Of a DNA stretch of 64,000 nucleotides, positions 53,138-64,000 are shown piece by piece. A program made the translations under genes and the position numbers. The notes under the pieces were generated by a model. It had not been told where the DNA came from. It did not search any database and saw only the letters and a program-made list of their open reading frames with translations. The stretch lies in NCBI GenBank assembly GCA_027077805.1, contig JALWTS010000039.1, forward strand, positions 21,877 to 85,876. The letters are read 5' to 3'. The DNA is from Gammaproteobacteria bacterium. Lineage in GTDB: Bacteria > Pseudomonadota > Gammaproteobacteria > JABHGC01. The first letter of the stretch is position 1. Each line of letters begins with the position of its first letter.

Positions 53138-54283
53138 GTGAGTAATACTAATACCCCCAATAAATACCAAGCCACCCAAACCATCACCCTAATCGGAGCC
53201 ATTGCCAATATCATCCTAGCCACAATGAAACTAATCGTAGGCTGGCTAGGGCAATCGCAATCGCTATTTGCCGATGGTTTGCATTCGTTGTCGGATTTAT
53301 TAAGTGATGCCTTAGTTATGGTTGCAACGAAATTTTCGCATCAAACGGCTGATAAAGACCATCCTTATGGTCATGAACGTATAGAAACCCTAGTTACAAT
53401 TATTTTAGGTTTATTACTGGCTGTTGTTGCGATTGGTATTATGCTGGATTCAATTTGGCGGTTGAGTGATTTAAATAAAGTGTATCAGCCGGAAAGTTTT
53501 ACCTTGTGGATTGCCATATTATCAATTGTGATTAAAGAATTACTCTATCAATATACTTATAGAATTGGCTTACGTTATCGTTCTAAATTATTACAAGCCA
53601 ATGCTTGGCATCATCGCAGTGATGCCTTGTCTTCCGTTATCGTTGTGCTTGGCATTAGTATGGCATTGTTGGGTTGGGGGATTTTGGATGTGATGGCTGC
53701 TTTTGTCGTCGCAATTATGATTATTAAAATGGCTTGGGAACTGATTTGGCAAAGTATCCAAGAACTGATTGATACGGCCTTAGAACAAAAAATTGTCAAC
53801 CAAATTCGTCAGTTAATTATTGGCGTGGATGGCGTGCGTTCATTGCATTTATTACGCACTCGGCGTATGAGCTCTCATGCCTTAGTTGACGTGCATATTT
53901 TAGTCTCACCAACGATTAGTGTTTCGGAAGGTCATCAAATTGGCGATCAAGTCAGATATTTATTAATGAATGATATTGATGAAATCAGTGATGTTACTGT
54001 ACATATTGATCCCGAAGATGATCAATATAAATCCCCTTGCCAAAATTTGCCTTTACGCACGGAAGTGATTCAAAAATTGCAACAAGCTTGGCAGACAATT
54101 GAGGCGAGTCAAAAAATTGAACGTATTGTATTGCATTATTTACAAGGTCAAATTTGGGTGGATGTTATTTTACCCTTATCTGTATTGCAATATAATGATT
54201 GTTCTAATCAATTATCAGAACAGATTATTCAAGCCAGTTTAAAAATTGAGTATATTGGGCAAGTAAATGTTTTTTATCATTAA
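53138..54283 (+). CDS. CDF family transporter (FieF/MamM-like) with C-terminal extension
   Basis: ADGLHSLSD, HPYGHERIE, NAWHHRSDA, SVSEGH, VHIDP. Confidence 0.9.
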   Translation: MSNTNTPNKYQATQTITLIGAIANIILATMKLIVGWLGQSQSLFADGLHSLSDLLSDALVMVATKFSHQTADKDHPYGHERIETLVTIILGLLLAVVAIGIMLDSIWRLSDLNKVYQPESFTLWIAILSIVIKELLYQYTYRIGLRYRSKLLQANAWHHRSDALSSVIVVLGISMALLGWGILDVMAAFVVAIMIIKMAWELIWQSIQELIDTALEQKIVNQIRQLIIGVDGVRSLHLLRTRRMSSHALVDVHILVSPTISVSEGHQIGDQVRYLLMNDIDEISDVTVHIDPEDDQYKSPCQNLPLRTEVIQKLQQAWQTIEASQKIERIVLHYLQGQIWVDVILPLSVLQYNDCSNQLSEQIIQASLKIEYIGQVNVFYH

Positions 54284-54313
54284 TGTACTAAATTTAATAC
54301 GATTATAGCGATA

Positions 54314-54330
54314 GGCACTAAAGTGGTGCA
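54314..54330. promoter_or_regulatory. NtrC-binding site upstream of glnA
   Basis: GGCACTAAAGTGGTGCA versus consensus TGCACCA-N3-TGGTGCA; a weaker copy lies at 54284-54300. Confidence 0.75.
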
Positions 54331-54469
54331 AATAAAATTCTACGTTTAGTGCAATCAATATAAGTTCAAAAAAATACTATGGCATTTTATTTATGTAGCC
54401 AGTATGATCTACATAAACGAAGCACTCGTTGTAAACAAAAATATTTTTAATACTATTTAGGAAATCAAG

Positions 54470-55879
54470 ATGTCAGGAAAAGATATTTTAACGACAATCC
54501 AAGAAAAAGATATAAGATTTGTTGACTTACGTTTCACCGACAGCCGAGGCATGGAACAACATGTAACCTTGCCGTCTAATCAGCTGGATGATGACTTTTT
54601 TATCGATGGTAAAATGTTTGACGGTTCAAGTATTGCGGGCTGGAAAGGAATTAACGAATCGGATATGGTTTTAATGCCAGAAGCGGAAACCGCTGTAATG
54701 GATCCATTTTCAGATGAATCTACTTTAATCTTACGTTGTGATATTTTAGAACCTAGCACTATGCAAGGTTATGAAAGAGATCCTCGCTCTGTTGCAAAAC
54801 GTGCCGAGGCTTACTTAAAAGAAACGGGTATTGCTGATACCGCTTATTTTGGGCCTGAACCTGAATTTTTCGTCTTTGATGATGTGCGTTGGGGTTCCGA
54901 TATGTCAGGTTCTTTCTGTAAAGTGGATTCAGAAGAAGCCAGTTGGAATTCTGAAAGAGTGTATGAAGATGGGAATATTGGTCATAGACCTGGCGTGAAA
55001 GGCGGTTATTTTCCAGTGCCTCCTGTTGATTCATTGCAAGACTTAAGAAATGCCATGACCTTAGCGTTAGGTGATATGGGCGTGGATGTAGAAGTACATC
55101 ACCATGAAGTAGCAACTGCTGGTCAATGTGAAATTGGGACTGCCTTTAATAAAATGGTTAGAAAAGCAGATGAAGTTCAAATCTTAAAATATGTGGTGAA
55201 AAATGTGGCACATGCCTATGGTAAAACCGCCACGTTTATGCCAAAACCCTTAGTCGGTGATAATGGTAGCGGTATGCATGTGCATCAATCTTTGTCAAAA
55301 GGTGGGGAAAACATTTTTGCAGGGAATCTTTATGGGGGCTTATCTGAAACCGCTTTATATTATATTGGTGGTATTTTTAAACACGCCAAAGCAGTCAATG
55401 CCTTTACCAATGGAACTACCAATAGCTATAAACGTTTAGTCCCTGGGTTTGAAGCACCTGTAATGTTAGCCTATTCTGCTCGTAACCGTTCAGCATCAGT
55501 ACGGATTCCTTATGTGAGTAGCCCCAAAGCCCGTAGAATTGAACTACGTTTCCCTGATAGCTCAGGTAATCCTTATCTTGCCTTTGCCGCCATGATGATG
55601 GCAGGCTTAGACGGTATTGTCAATAAAATTCATCCAGGCGATGCCATGGACAAAGACCTTTATGACCTCCCTCCAGAAGAAGAAGCCAGTATTAATAAAG
55701 TTTGCCACTCATTAGACCAAGCATTAGAAGCCTTAGATAATGATCGTGATTTTTTAAAAGCAGGTGGGGTATTTACGGATGATATGATCAATGGTTATAT
55801 TGCATTGAAAATGGAAGAAGTAACTTTACTTCGTATGACAACTCATCCCATTGAATTTGATGAATATTACAGTTGTTAA
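54470..55879 (+). CDS. glnA: Glutamine synthetase type I-beta
   Basis: [35 protein letters not shown]; adenylylation motif MDKDLYDLP. Confidence 0.98.
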   Translation: MSGKDILTTIQEKDIRFVDLRFTDSRGMEQHVTLPSNQLDDDFFIDGKMFDGSSIAGWKGINESDMVLMPEAETAVMDPFSDESTLILRCDILEPSTMQGYERDPRSVAKRAEAYLKETGIADTAYFGPEPEFFVFDDVRWGSDMSGSFCKVDSEEASWNSERVYEDGNIGHRPGVKGGYFPVPPVDSLQDLRNAMTLALGDMGVDVEVHHHEVATAGQCEIGTAFNKMVRKADEVQILKYVVKNVAHAYGKTATFMPKPLVGDNGSGMHVHQSLSKGGENIFAGNLYGGLSETALYYIGGIFKHAKAVNAFTNGTTNSYKRLVPGFEAPVMLAYSARNRSASVRIPYVSSPKARRIELRFPDSSGNPYLAFAAMMMAGLDGIVNKIHPGDAMDKDLYDLPPEEEASINKVCHSLDQALEALDNDRDFLKAGGVFTDDMINGYIALKMEEVTLLRMTTHPIEFDEYYSC

Positions 55880-55908
55880 TTATCCATTAATTCATTATTC
55901 TTTTGATG

Positions 55909-55935
55909 AAACGCTCCTATGGGAGCGTTTTTTTT
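55909..55935 (+). terminator. Intrinsic terminator after glnA
   Basis: AAACGCTCC-TATG-GGAGCGTTT followed by a T run. Confidence 0.85.
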
Positions 55936-55950
55936 GGCTTATTTCTTGCT
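55935..55950 (+). promoter_or_regulatory. sigma54 -24/-12 promoter candidate for ntrBC
   Basis: TGGCTTATTTCTTGCT, GG and GC at canonical spacing, 35 nt before the glnL start. Confidence 0.6.
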
Positions 55951-55984
55951 AGATAAAGTTCAGCAAAATAACTAAAAACCGCTT

Positions 55985-57049
55985 ATGATTGCCATTGAAA
56001 CTAAAATTTTAGAAAATTTAAATACGTCAGTGCTACTGTTTAATCATAAACAAGAATTAATTTATATTAATACGGCATGTCAGATATTATTTGCGGTCAG
56101 CGAGCGTCAATTACTGGGTTTAACGGCATCAGAGCTGATTGTTTGTCCAAATGGCAAGGTGAGTGCAACTTTAATGCAGGCAATTGAAAACCGTCGTCCG
56201 TTTACTGAAAGAGCCATGGAGCTACCCTTACCTGATCAACGTAAAATTACGGTTGATTGTACTGTTACGCCCTTATATGAAGAGCAAAACTATAATATTT
56301 TGGTTGAATTGCGACAGGTAGATAGACAAATACAAATTAGCAAAGAACAACAATTATTAGAACAAGAGCAAGCCAATCGGGCTTTTATTCGGGGCATGGC
56401 TCATGAAATTAAAAATCCATTGGGTGGTATTCGTGGGGCGACTCAATTATTAGAACAAGAACTCAATCGTTTAGAACTGAAAGAATATACTCAAATTATT
56501 TTACAAGAAGTCGATAGATTAAAAACCTTAGTCGATAGAATGTTAGGTCCAAATACCTTATTAAGAAAACGTCAAGTTAATATTCATGAGGTTTTAGAAC
56601 GAGTAAAATTTTTAATTGAAGTAGAAAATGATAGTAACAAAGTGGCTGTAAAATGTGATTATGATCCAAGTATTCCTGAATTGTATGCGGACAGTGATCG
56701 TTTAATTCAAGCGATTTTAAATATTGCAAGAAATGCCGCAGAAAATTTTAAACAAAAAGGACAAATCACCTTAAAAACTCGGATTCATAATCAATTTAGT
56801 ATTGCTAATAAAAAATATCGTTTAGTGATTCAAGTGGATATTATTGACAATGGTCCGGGTATTTCTAAAACCATGCAAAAACATTTATTTTATCCTATGG
56901 TAACAGGACGAGCGAATGGCACGGGCTTAGGCTTATCCATTGCCCAATCATTAATTAGTCAACATCAAGGTTTAATCGAATGCAACAGTAAGGTTGGCAA
57001 TACTGTGTTTACTATATTATTACCATTGGAGGATACTTTATGCAAATAA
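55985..57049 (+). CDS. glnL: Nitrogen regulation sensor kinase NtrB
   Basis: PAS, AHEIKNPLGGIRGATQLL, DYDPSIP, LFYPMVTGR..GTGLGL. Confidence 0.95.
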   Translation: MIAIETKILENLNTSVLLFNHKQELIYINTACQILFAVSERQLLGLTASELIVCPNGKVSATLMQAIENRRPFTERAMELPLPDQRKITVDCTVTPLYEEQNYNILVELRQVDRQIQISKEQQLLEQEQANRAFIRGMAHEIKNPLGGIRGATQLLEQELNRLELKEYTQIILQEVDRLKTLVDRMLGPNTLLRKRQVNIHEVLERVKFLIEVENDSNKVAVKCDYDPSIPELYADSDRLIQAILNIARNAAENFKQKGQITLKTRIHNQFSIANKKYRLVIQVDIIDNGPGISKTMQKHLFYPMVTGRANGTGLGLSIAQSLISQHQGLIECNSKVGNTVFTILLPLEDTLCK

Positions 57050-58476
57050 GTCAGGTTTGGGTCGTTGATGATGATCGTTCGATCCGTTGGGTATTAGAAC
57101 GTGCCTTACAAAAACAGCAATTTAATGTTACTTGTTTTGCCGATGCCAATAATATTTTAGAAAAACTCAAACAACAGCAACCTGAATGTTTAATTACCGA
57201 TATTCGTATGCCTGGTATTGATGGTTTGGAATTACTAGATCATGTTCAACAATATTATCCTAATTTGCCTGTGATTATTATGACTGCCCATTCTGATTTA
57301 GATAGTGCGGTTTCAGCGTATCACAGTGGTGCGTTTGAATACTTATCTAAACCGTTTGATGTGGAAGATGCTGTAGAATTAGTGAATCGAGCCTGTCAAC
57401 ATAGTTTAGAAAAAAAACAATCCATTGAGGATCAAACTCAAACTAAAATGCCTGAAATTATTGGTCAAGCTCCTGCCATGCAAGAAGTATTTCGTGCCAT
57501 TGGTCGTTTGGTACGATCACATATTACCGTATTGATCAATGGCGAATCAGGCACAGGCAAAGAATTAGTGGCTCATGCTTTACACAAACATAGCCCTAGA
57601 GCTAACAAACCATTTATTGCTTTAAATATGGCTGCCATTCCTAAAGATTTATTAGAATCAGAATTATTTGGTCATGAACGAGGGGCTTTTACAGGTGCTC
57701 AAAGCCGACGTGCTGGACGCTTTGAACAAGCAAATGGTGGCACTTTGTTTTTAGATGAAATTGGTGATATGCCTGCTGAATTGCAAACTCGCTTATTACG
57801 AGTATTAGCCGATAAGGAATTTTATAGTGTAGGAGGGCATATGCCTGTTAAAGTTGATGTCAGAATTATTGCCGCTACCCATCAAAATTTAGAGCAATTA
57901 GTGGCGCAAGGGCAATTTCGTGAAGATTTATTTCATCGACTTAATGTCATTCGCATCCATATTCCGCCCTTACGAGAACGCAGTGGAGATATTGCACTCT
58001 TAAGCCAATATTTTCTAAGCCAAGCGGCAGTAGAATTGCAAGAAGAAAGCAAAACTTTATTACCTGAAACCTTAAAATTTTTGGAAACCTTGCAATGGCC
58101 AGGGAATGTCAGGCAATTAGAAAATGTATGTCGTTGGATTACGGTCATGGCATCAGGACAACGAGTACATATTAAAGACCTACCACCAGAACTGATCCAA
58201 CAGGCAGTGAATACCACTGATATAACAACAGGTAATAATGACTGGGAACAATCGCTAAAAAAGTGGACAGAACAACAACTATTACAAGGTCATCATGGCT
58301 TATTGAACCAAGCCTTACCTAAATTTGAAACCATATTAATTCAAACCGCATTAGCTTTTACCCACGGCAAACGCCAAGAAGCAGCAAAACTCTTGGGCTG
58401 GGGACGCAATACCTTAACACGAAAAATTAAAGAATTGGGAATTGATAAAAAATTGGTTTCTGAAGTGGATTCTTGA
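57040..58476 (+). CDS. glnG: Nitrogen regulator NtrC
   Basis: [45 protein letters not shown]. Confidence 0.97.
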   Translation: MQISQVWVVDDDRSIRWVLERALQKQQFNVTCFADANNILEKLKQQQPECLITDIRMPGIDGLELLDHVQQYYPNLPVIIMTAHSDLDSAVSAYHSGAFEYLSKPFDVEDAVELVNRACQHSLEKKQSIEDQTQTKMPEIIGQAPAMQEVFRAIGRLVRSHITVLINGESGTGKELVAHALHKHSPRANKPFIALNMAAIPKDLLESELFGHERGAFTGAQSRRAGRFEQANGGTLFLDEIGDMPAELQTRLLRVLADKEFYSVGGHMPVKVDVRIIAATHQNLEQLVAQGQFREDLFHRLNVIRIHIPPLRERSGDIALLSQYFLSQAAVELQEESKTLLPETLKFLETLQWPGNVRQLENVCRWITVMASGQRVHIKDLPPELIQQAVNTTDITTGNNDWEQSLKKWTEQQLLQGHHGLLNQALPKFETILIQTALAFTHGKRQEAAKLLGWGRNTLTRKIKELGIDKKLVSEVDS

Positions 58477-58497
58477 CAATAAGGCGATGAACGAATA

Positions 58498-58663
58498 TGG
58501 ACATAAATAGTGCCGTTTGCTTGTTTATGCACTATATTTGTGCATAACGAGTTGTCATTTGATAGTAAAAACGACTAATGATTTATAATTAATTGATTTA
58601 TAAAAAAACTTTTAATTTAATTTTTCGCATATTTTTTATCGTATTTTTGGCATATAATATGCT
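58498..58663 (+). promoter_or_regulatory. NtrC enhancer pair, IHF site and sigma54 promoter of the GSII gene
   Basis: TGGACATAAATAGTGCC 58498-514 and TGCACTATATTTGTGCA 58528-544; IHF consensus AATCAATTAATTA on the minus strand 58586-598; TGGCATATAATATGCT 58648-663. Confidence 0.78.
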
Positions 58664-58759
58664 CTGTCAATTATACCTATGCCTAGGTAGCTATATCTTA
58701 GATAGGATGATTATTTAATTTAGTTTAACTTAACGAAAATATCTTTGGAGATATAAAAT

Positions 58760-59776
58760 ATGAAAAGTAAGTTGGAATACATTTGGCTAGATGGATATAA
58801 ACCAACTCAAAGTTTACGCAGTAAAACAATGGTTCGTTCAGATTTTAGTGGCAAATTAGAAGATTGCCCAATGTGGTCTTTTGATGGTAGTTCTACAGAA
58901 CAAGCAGAAGGTGGTTCTTCCGATTGTTTGTTAAAACCTGTTGCCGTTATTCCCGATCCAGGACGTAAAAATGCTTATTTGGTGATGACAGAAGTGTTAA
59001 ATGCGGATGGAAGTCCACATCCATCGAATGGTCGTGCTACCATTGATGATGACGATGATGACTTCTGGTTTGGTTTTGAGCAGGAGTATTTCCTATGGGA
59101 TCCAAGCACTAACCTTCCTCCGGGTTTTCCTGCGGGTGGCTATCCTCCACCACAAGGTCCTTATTACTGCTCAGTGGGTGCGCGTAATGCCTATTGTCGT
59201 GAATTAATCGAAAAACACTTGGATATGTGTTTGGAAGCGGGTTTAAATGTTGAAGGTATTAACGCTGAAGTCGCCGCAGGTCAGTGGGAATTCCAGATTT
59301 TTGCAAAAAGTGCAGCGAATGCTGGTGATCAAATCTGGCTTGCACGTTATTTATTAGAACGTACGGCTGAAGAGTATGATCTTGCGGTTGACTGGCACCC
59401 AAAACCACTCGGTGATACTGATTGGAACGGCTCAGGTATGCATGCAAACTTCTCTTGTAGTGCTATGCGCGAGGCAGGCGATGAAGGTGTTTTTACTAAG
59501 GTCTGTGAAGAATTTGGTAAAGCAGCGAATATTCCTGCGTGTATTAGTGTTTATGGTGCTCACAATGAACAGCGTTTAACTGGAAAGCATGAAACCCAAT
59601 CAATTGAACAATACAGCTATGGTGTATCTGACCGTGGTGCTTCTATTCGTATTCCAATTGCTACGGTTGAAGATGGTTGGAAAGGTCGTTTAGAAGATCG
59701 TCGCCCAGCGTCTAATGCTGATCCCTACAAAGTTGCTGCTATTATTTGTAAGATAACTAAGGAAGCCTTAGCTTAA
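58760..59776 (+). CDS. glnII: Glutamine synthetase type II
   Basis: 338 aa; LEYIWLDG, LRSKT, WSFDGSST.QA, GFEQEY, PQGPYYC, INAEV..GQWEFQ, DWNGSGMH.NFS, RLTGKHET, EDRRPASNADPY. Confidence 0.93.
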   Translation: MKSKLEYIWLDGYKPTQSLRSKTMVRSDFSGKLEDCPMWSFDGSSTEQAEGGSSDCLLKPVAVIPDPGRKNAYLVMTEVLNADGSPHPSNGRATIDDDDDDFWFGFEQEYFLWDPSTNLPPGFPAGGYPPPQGPYYCSVGARNAYCRELIEKHLDMCLEAGLNVEGINAEVAAGQWEFQIFAKSAANAGDQIWLARYLLERTAEEYDLAVDWHPKPLGDTDWNGSGMHANFSCSAMREAGDEGVFTKVCEEFGKAANIPACISVYGAHNEQRLTGKHETQSIEQYSYGVSDRGASIRIPIATVEDGWKGRLEDRRPASNADPYKVAAIICKITKEALA

Positions 59777-59803
59777 GCGTCATTTGTTATTTAATTAAAT
59801 GAC

Positions 59804-59834
59804 TGGAGGGGCTTGCTTTGCCTCTCCAATTTTT
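59804..59834 (+). terminator. Terminator after GSII
   Basis: TGGAGGGGC-N7-GCCTCTCCA then ATTTTT. Confidence 0.7.
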
Positions 59835-59956
59835 ATGTTTCTAAGCGAATTGCAGTTGTTTATAGTTTTTAGCCGTTCCCTAATTTTTTGTTGTCCAAAC
59901 TTAATCTATATGAATAATTGCAGTTTTGATAAAAAATCAATCAACAGTTGGTAACT

Positions 59957-60955
59957 CTAAAGTTTATGACGAATCTCACTTATCCAGTCTAGTTGTAACA
60001 CTTGTATGACCTCATCTATAGACGCAGGTCGTAATTTTGGATCCTTTTGCAAACATTGCAAACATAATTTTTCCAGTGTTTTAGGGACTCGGTATTTACT
60101 AAATTCAGATGGTTTGGCAGGTTCTTGATTCTCTATCATATCCAATAAGTCATAAATTTTGTTACTATCAAAAGGTGGCTTACCTGTTAATATTTCATAT
60201 AAAACAGAACCCAAACTATAGATGTCAGTGCTAAAACTAATCTCTGGATCTCGTTTAATTTGTTCAGGTGACATATAACAAATAGTTCCTTGTAATTTCC
60301 CATAGCCTGTCATAGATTTGTCAGAGGTATCAGCAGACTTTGTTGCAAACTTATCGCCTTGATAATCAAAATCGGCAGCCTTACCATCTTTTCCCCAGAC
60401 TTTGGCAAGTCCCCAATCAAGTAACAATACTTCCCTATAAGGCCCGACTAAAATATTTTCAGGTTTAATATCACGATGCGCAACCCCATGATTATGAGCA
60501 GAGGCTAAACCATGGGATATTTGAATAATCACATCTATCAGTTGGGATAAGTCATAACGTTCCCGATAATCAATAATCTCCCGCAAGGTGTAACCATGGA
60601 CTAATTTCATGGTAAAATAATATTGCCCTTGATTATCACGCCCTATTTCATAAACAGGAATGGTGCTAGGATGTTGCAATATCGCCGAGACACGCGCCTC
60701 ACGAAGAAAGCGTGTTTGTTCTATTTCATCGTTCAAAAATTCTTTACGCAAGGTTTTATAAGCGACTACCCTATTTAAATGCATGTCTTTACATAATTTA
60801 ATTAAGGATTTTCCTCCAGTCGCAAGCGTGTTAAGGTGTATATAACGTGTGTTAGGATTCAAGACTTCGGGTAATGGCTTATCCGTGTCTTCAAGGTAAA
60901 TCGTTTTATCATTTGATGTGGCTTGTTGAAACGTTAAGATATTTTTTTGGGTCAT
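59957..60955 (-). CDS. Soluble Hanks-type Ser/Thr protein kinase
   Basis: VAYK, RFLREA, HRDIKPEN, DWG, GTICYMSPEQ, DIYSLG; atypical Gly loop LATGGKS. Confidence 0.9.
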   Translation of the reverse strand: MTQKNILTFQQATSNDKTIYLEDTDKPLPEVLNPNTRYIHLNTLATGGKSLIKLCKDMHLNRVVAYKTLRKEFLNDEIEQTRFLREARVSAILQHPSTIPVYEIGRDNQGQYYFTMKLVHGYTLREIIDYRERYDLSQLIDVIIQISHGLASAHNHGVAHRDIKPENILVGPYREVLLLDWGLAKVWGKDGKAADFDYQGDKFATKSADTSDKSMTGYGKLQGTICYMSPEQIKRDPEISFSTDIYSLGSVLYEILTGKPPFDSNKIYDLLDMIENQEPAKPSEFSKYRVPKTLEKLCLQCLQKDPKLRPASIDEVIQVLQLDWISEIRHKL

Positions 60956-60985
60956 TTTTTAATCTCGTTCCCATGCTACATAATA

Positions 60986-62029
60986 TTAAGCAATCGGCAA
61001 CTGAATACGCAACACTAAGACATCACTCGCAGACTGCTCTAGTAATAATTGACCATGATGGGTATTAATCACTTTCGCACTGATTTCAATTTCTTTATCT
61101 AAAGCTTGCATGGCTATTTTACCTTGTAATTTAATCACTAATTCAACCGTTTTTTTATCTTTAAGGGTTAATACAATGCCTAACTTAGCTTGTGCTTGAC
61201 ATTGTTCGATTAAAGCATTTAATAAACTCACTACGACTTGCGATATACGATAAGGGTCAATTAATATTTTAGGGGTGTCCTCAAATTCAGTGCTTAAATT
61301 AATCTGTTTTTGACGCATTAATGCCATTTGGTTTAACAATGCCATTTCAATAATATCTTCTAAATGTGTTAAACAAAAAGCATAACCTAAACACGCCCGA
61401 TCAATTTCAGAGGTATCACATAATTGTTCTAATTTTTGTAACATCCCATGACTGGTGGCCATCATTTTTTTAAGATAGGTTTTAATTTCAGTGGGATTCA
61501 TTCGTTCCATATCATCATATAACATGGCCAAAGCGCCAATCAAACTGCTTAAAGGTTCTTTTAAATCATAGGCAGAGGTTCTTAAAATAGCGTTTTTTTC
61601 TTCGTTTAACAAGGCTAATTGTCGATTGGAAACCTGTAGTTGCAAATAAGTTTTCACCCGAATTAACACTTCTTTTTGATGAAACGGTTTGGCAATATAA
61701 TCAACACCACCATATTCAAAGCCTTTTAAAATGTCTTCATGTTCGATTTTGGCCGTAATAAAAATAACAGGAATTGCTTGAGTGGCTTTATTCGATTTTA
61801 AGCGTTTACAAGTTTCAAAACCATCCATTCCCGGCATCATGACATCTAATAAAATTAAATCAGGCTTTAAACGCTTGGCTAAATTTAAAGCCTTTTCGCC
61901 ACTTTGCGCAAAAGCAATATTATAGCCTTGGGCAATTAATACTTTACGCAAAATATCTAAATTAGCAGGTGTATCATCAACTAAGAGTATCCGTAACTTA
62001 GTCGGATCAAATAATAAGTTATTCATCAC
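60986..62029 (-). CDS. Response regulator with REC fused to a degenerate HisKA/HATPase
   Basis: [25 protein letters not shown]-box position reads SAYDLKEPL; N-box remnant [15 protein letters not shown]; no clear G boxes. Confidence 0.8.
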   Translation of the reverse strand: MMNNLLFDPTKLRILLVDDTPANLDILRKVLIAQGYNIAFAQSGEKALNLAKRLKPDLILLDVMMPGMDGFETCKRLKSNKATQAIPVIFITAKIEHEDILKGFEYGGVDYIAKPFHQKEVLIRVKTYLQLQVSNRQLALLNEEKNAILRTSAYDLKEPLSSLIGALAMLYDDMERMNPTEIKTYLKKMMATSHGMLQKLEQLCDTSEIDRACLGYAFCLTHLEDIIEMALLNQMALMRQKQINLSTEFEDTPKILIDPYRISQVVVSLLNALIEQCQAQAKLGIVLTLKDKKTVELVIKLQGKIAMQALDKEIEISAKVINTHHGQLLLEQSASDVLVLRIQLPIA

Positions 62030-64000
62030 TTACCCCCTATTTGTTGAAAAATTGTTTGGATTTGCTCCATATCATAGGCAATCAACAAGGCTTGAATTTT
62101 ATCTACAAACCAATTCTGTTCAGGTGTTAACACTTTTTTTAATTCTTCAATGGCTTGTTCTAATTCATTAAACATACACAGTTCTGCCGATTGTATAAAT
62201 TCCGAAATTAAACTCTTAGGTAAACGAATGGTATTAATATCCTGTTGCACGGCTGGTTTTTCAATGACTTCTGTTGTTTGATATTCATACTCAACGCCTA
62301 GTAAGGCTTGTAAGGATTGATAAACCTCTTCTACTCGAAATGGCTTTCTTACCATACCATCACAACCTGACTGGGTAAATTTTTCGGCACTGTGATCAAA
62401 TACTGACGCCGATACCATGGCAATTTTAATTTTATGACCAAACAATTTCCGAATATGTTGTGTTACTTCAATGCCATTCATGCCTGGCATGCGATAATCT
62501 AAAAAAATAATATTAGGTTGTTCTTGTTGAGCTAATTCTAAGGCACGTTGACCATCGTTTGCCATGCTGACGTTAACGCCAATACTCGTTAATACATTCT
62601 CCAAAACATTAACATTGGTTTGATTATCATCAACCACTAATGCCTTAATATGATACCCTTTAGCAAGTCTGATAACTTTGGCTTTGGGTTCTTGGTGTCT
62701 TTCAATATAATTGGATTCGGCAGTCGCTAATTCCAAGGTAAAATAAAATCGAGTGCCTTGATTTAATTCTGATTCAACTCGTAACTCACCTCCCATTAAT
62801 TCCACATGTTTTTGGGCAATGGCTAAACCCAAACCGGTACCGCCTTTTTTAACGCCAGTATCCGATTGTTGAAACGCTTGAAAAACCGCCTGTTGATGTT
62901 TAACTTCAATCCCTGCCCCTGTATCAATGACTTCAAATAAATATTTATCTTCACTAATATTGGCAATTTGTAAACATACTTTGCCTTCTTCAGTAAATTT
63001 GACCGCATTCCCTAAAAGATTAATGAGGACTTGTTTTAATTTGCCTTGATCACCGGACACATAAACGGTTTCAGTAGGGAAATCTAAACGCATTTCCCAT
63101 TTTAATTGCTTTTGATTACAACGCAGTTCAAACATTTCAGCCAAATCTTTTACTAAGCCAATCAATTCAAAATTTACGGTTTTTAATTCCATACGCCCTG
63201 CTTCAATTTTGGAAATATCCAAAATATCGTTGATCAAATCTAATAAATGCAAACCACTGCGTTCAATAATATTTAAGGCTCGTTGTTGTTCAGGGTCTAA
63301 TTGGCCTTCACGTTGTAAAATTTGGGCATAGCCCAGTATCGCATTCATAGGGGTGCGAATTTCATGACTCATGTTCGCAATAAAAATAGATTTAGCCCGA
63401 TTAGCGGATTCTGCCCCTAATTTTGCGGTAAGTAATTGTGAATTTAAATTTTCTAACTCATGACTTTTGCAATCTAATTGATTATACGACTCTTGCAGTC
63501 TATCCATCATGGTATTGAAATTAAAGCCCATATTAGTAATTTCATCCTGACTGGTTTCTTCGGAAATATTTAATCGTACATTAAAATTACCCCCGGCTAC
63601 TTGTTGCAGTGAATCAATTAACTGATTGATTTTGTCGAAAATTCTATTTTTAAAAAACCATAGCAATAAAATTGAAAACATAATCGTTACTATAAAAGGT
63701 AATATATTACTAATAATCAAATGTTGTTGTTGTTGTTTATATAACATACTATCTAAGGCAACGGCTAAATGCCCAATCGTTTTATTCGTTGGGTTTAGCA
63801 ACGGTTTTGATTTAATAAAATATTGCGAAGGTTGATGATTAATCACTTCATAAATCACCTCAATTTCTTCAGTAGAGGATAAAATTAATTGATTATTATC
63901 ATCGTAAATAATTGCATTTGCTCCAGATAGTTCGGCCATGCGTTTGACTAATTCGGTATCAACATTTAATAATTTTAAAATCAAGATACGACCTGCAAGC
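62026..64000 (-). CDS. Hybrid sensor histidine kinase (HAMP-HisKA-HATPase-REC), 5' end outside the window
   Basis: [38 protein letters not shown]; the frame stays open (LAGRIL) to the window edge. Confidence 0.92.
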   Translation of the reverse strand, partial: LAGRILILKLLNVDTELVKRMAELSGANAIIYDDNNQLILSSTEEIEVIYEVINHQPSQYFIKSKPLLNPTNKTIGHLAVALDSMLYKQQQQHLIISNILPFIVTIMFSILLLWFFKNRIFDKINQLIDSLQQVAGGNFNVRLNISEETSQDEITNMGFNFNTMMDRLQESYNQLDCKSHELENLNSQLLTAKLGAESANRAKSIFIANMSHEIRTPMNAILGYAQILQREGQLDPEQQRALNIIERSGLHLLDLINDILDISKIEAGRMELKTVNFELIGLVKDLAEMFELRCNQKQLKWEMRLDFPTETVYVSGDQGKLKQVLINLLGNAVKFTEEGKVCLQIANISEDKYLFEVIDTGAGIEVKHQQAVFQAFQQSDTGVKKGGTGLGLAIAQKHVELMGGELRVESELNQGTRFYFTLELATAESNYIERHQEPKAKVIRLAKGYHIKALVVDDNQTNVNVLENVLTSIGVNVSMANDGQRALELAQQEQPNIIFLDYRMPGMNGIEVTQHIRKLFGHKIKIAMVSASVFDHSAEKFTQSGCDGMVRKPFRVEEVYQSLQALLGVEYEYQTTEVIEKPAVQQDINTIRLPKSLISEFIQSAELCMFNELEQAIEELKKVLTPEQNWFVDKIQALLIAYDMEQIQTIFQQIGGK

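Noticed and set aside
823-63835. Numerous 60-126 aa ORFs antisense to or nested in housekeeping genes
   Set aside because: Shadow frames of well-supported genes, with no motifs of their own.
1-64000. GC-skew switch near 29-34 kb; rRNA/tRNA genes
   Set aside because: Hand counts on a few lines were inconclusive for skew, which needs computation. No RNA gene signatures were recognised.

Overview
AT-rich gammaproteobacterial chromosome segment, mostly housekeeping genes: rpe-gph-trpE-trpG, yhdP-nitrilase-tldD-pmbA, def-fmt-rsmB-DUF4390-ntrY-ntrX-trkA, LysM/tsaP, glyQS, a c-di-GMP/hybrid kinase cluster, sulP, ppdK, ubiH-ubiI, two CDF transporters, an msrB-msrA fusion and glnA-ntrB-ntrC. Two regions stand out. 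(1) 29.4-34.2 kb: a lone 662-aa phage/ICE-type replication-initiator-like gene (N-terminal winged HTH, an internal 'NPxGY'-like domain, C-terminal CxxC...CxH) divergent from glyQ. The spacer is rich in DnaA-box-like motifs, and the gene is followed by IS982/IS607 debris and an AT-rich repeat tract resembling an origin. (2) 50-64 kb: a nitrogen locus in which a GSII-type glutamine synthetase follows ntrC with a complete NtrC/IHF/sigma54 promoter, while the equivalent promoter of glnA (GSI) has lost its -12 GC. The locus is flanked by two Hanks-type Ser/Thr kinases, one at the end of a hybrid kinase / His-to-Tyr pseudokinase run. No rRNA, tRNA or CRISPR array was seen. All family calls come from motif recognition by eye; no database searches were run.
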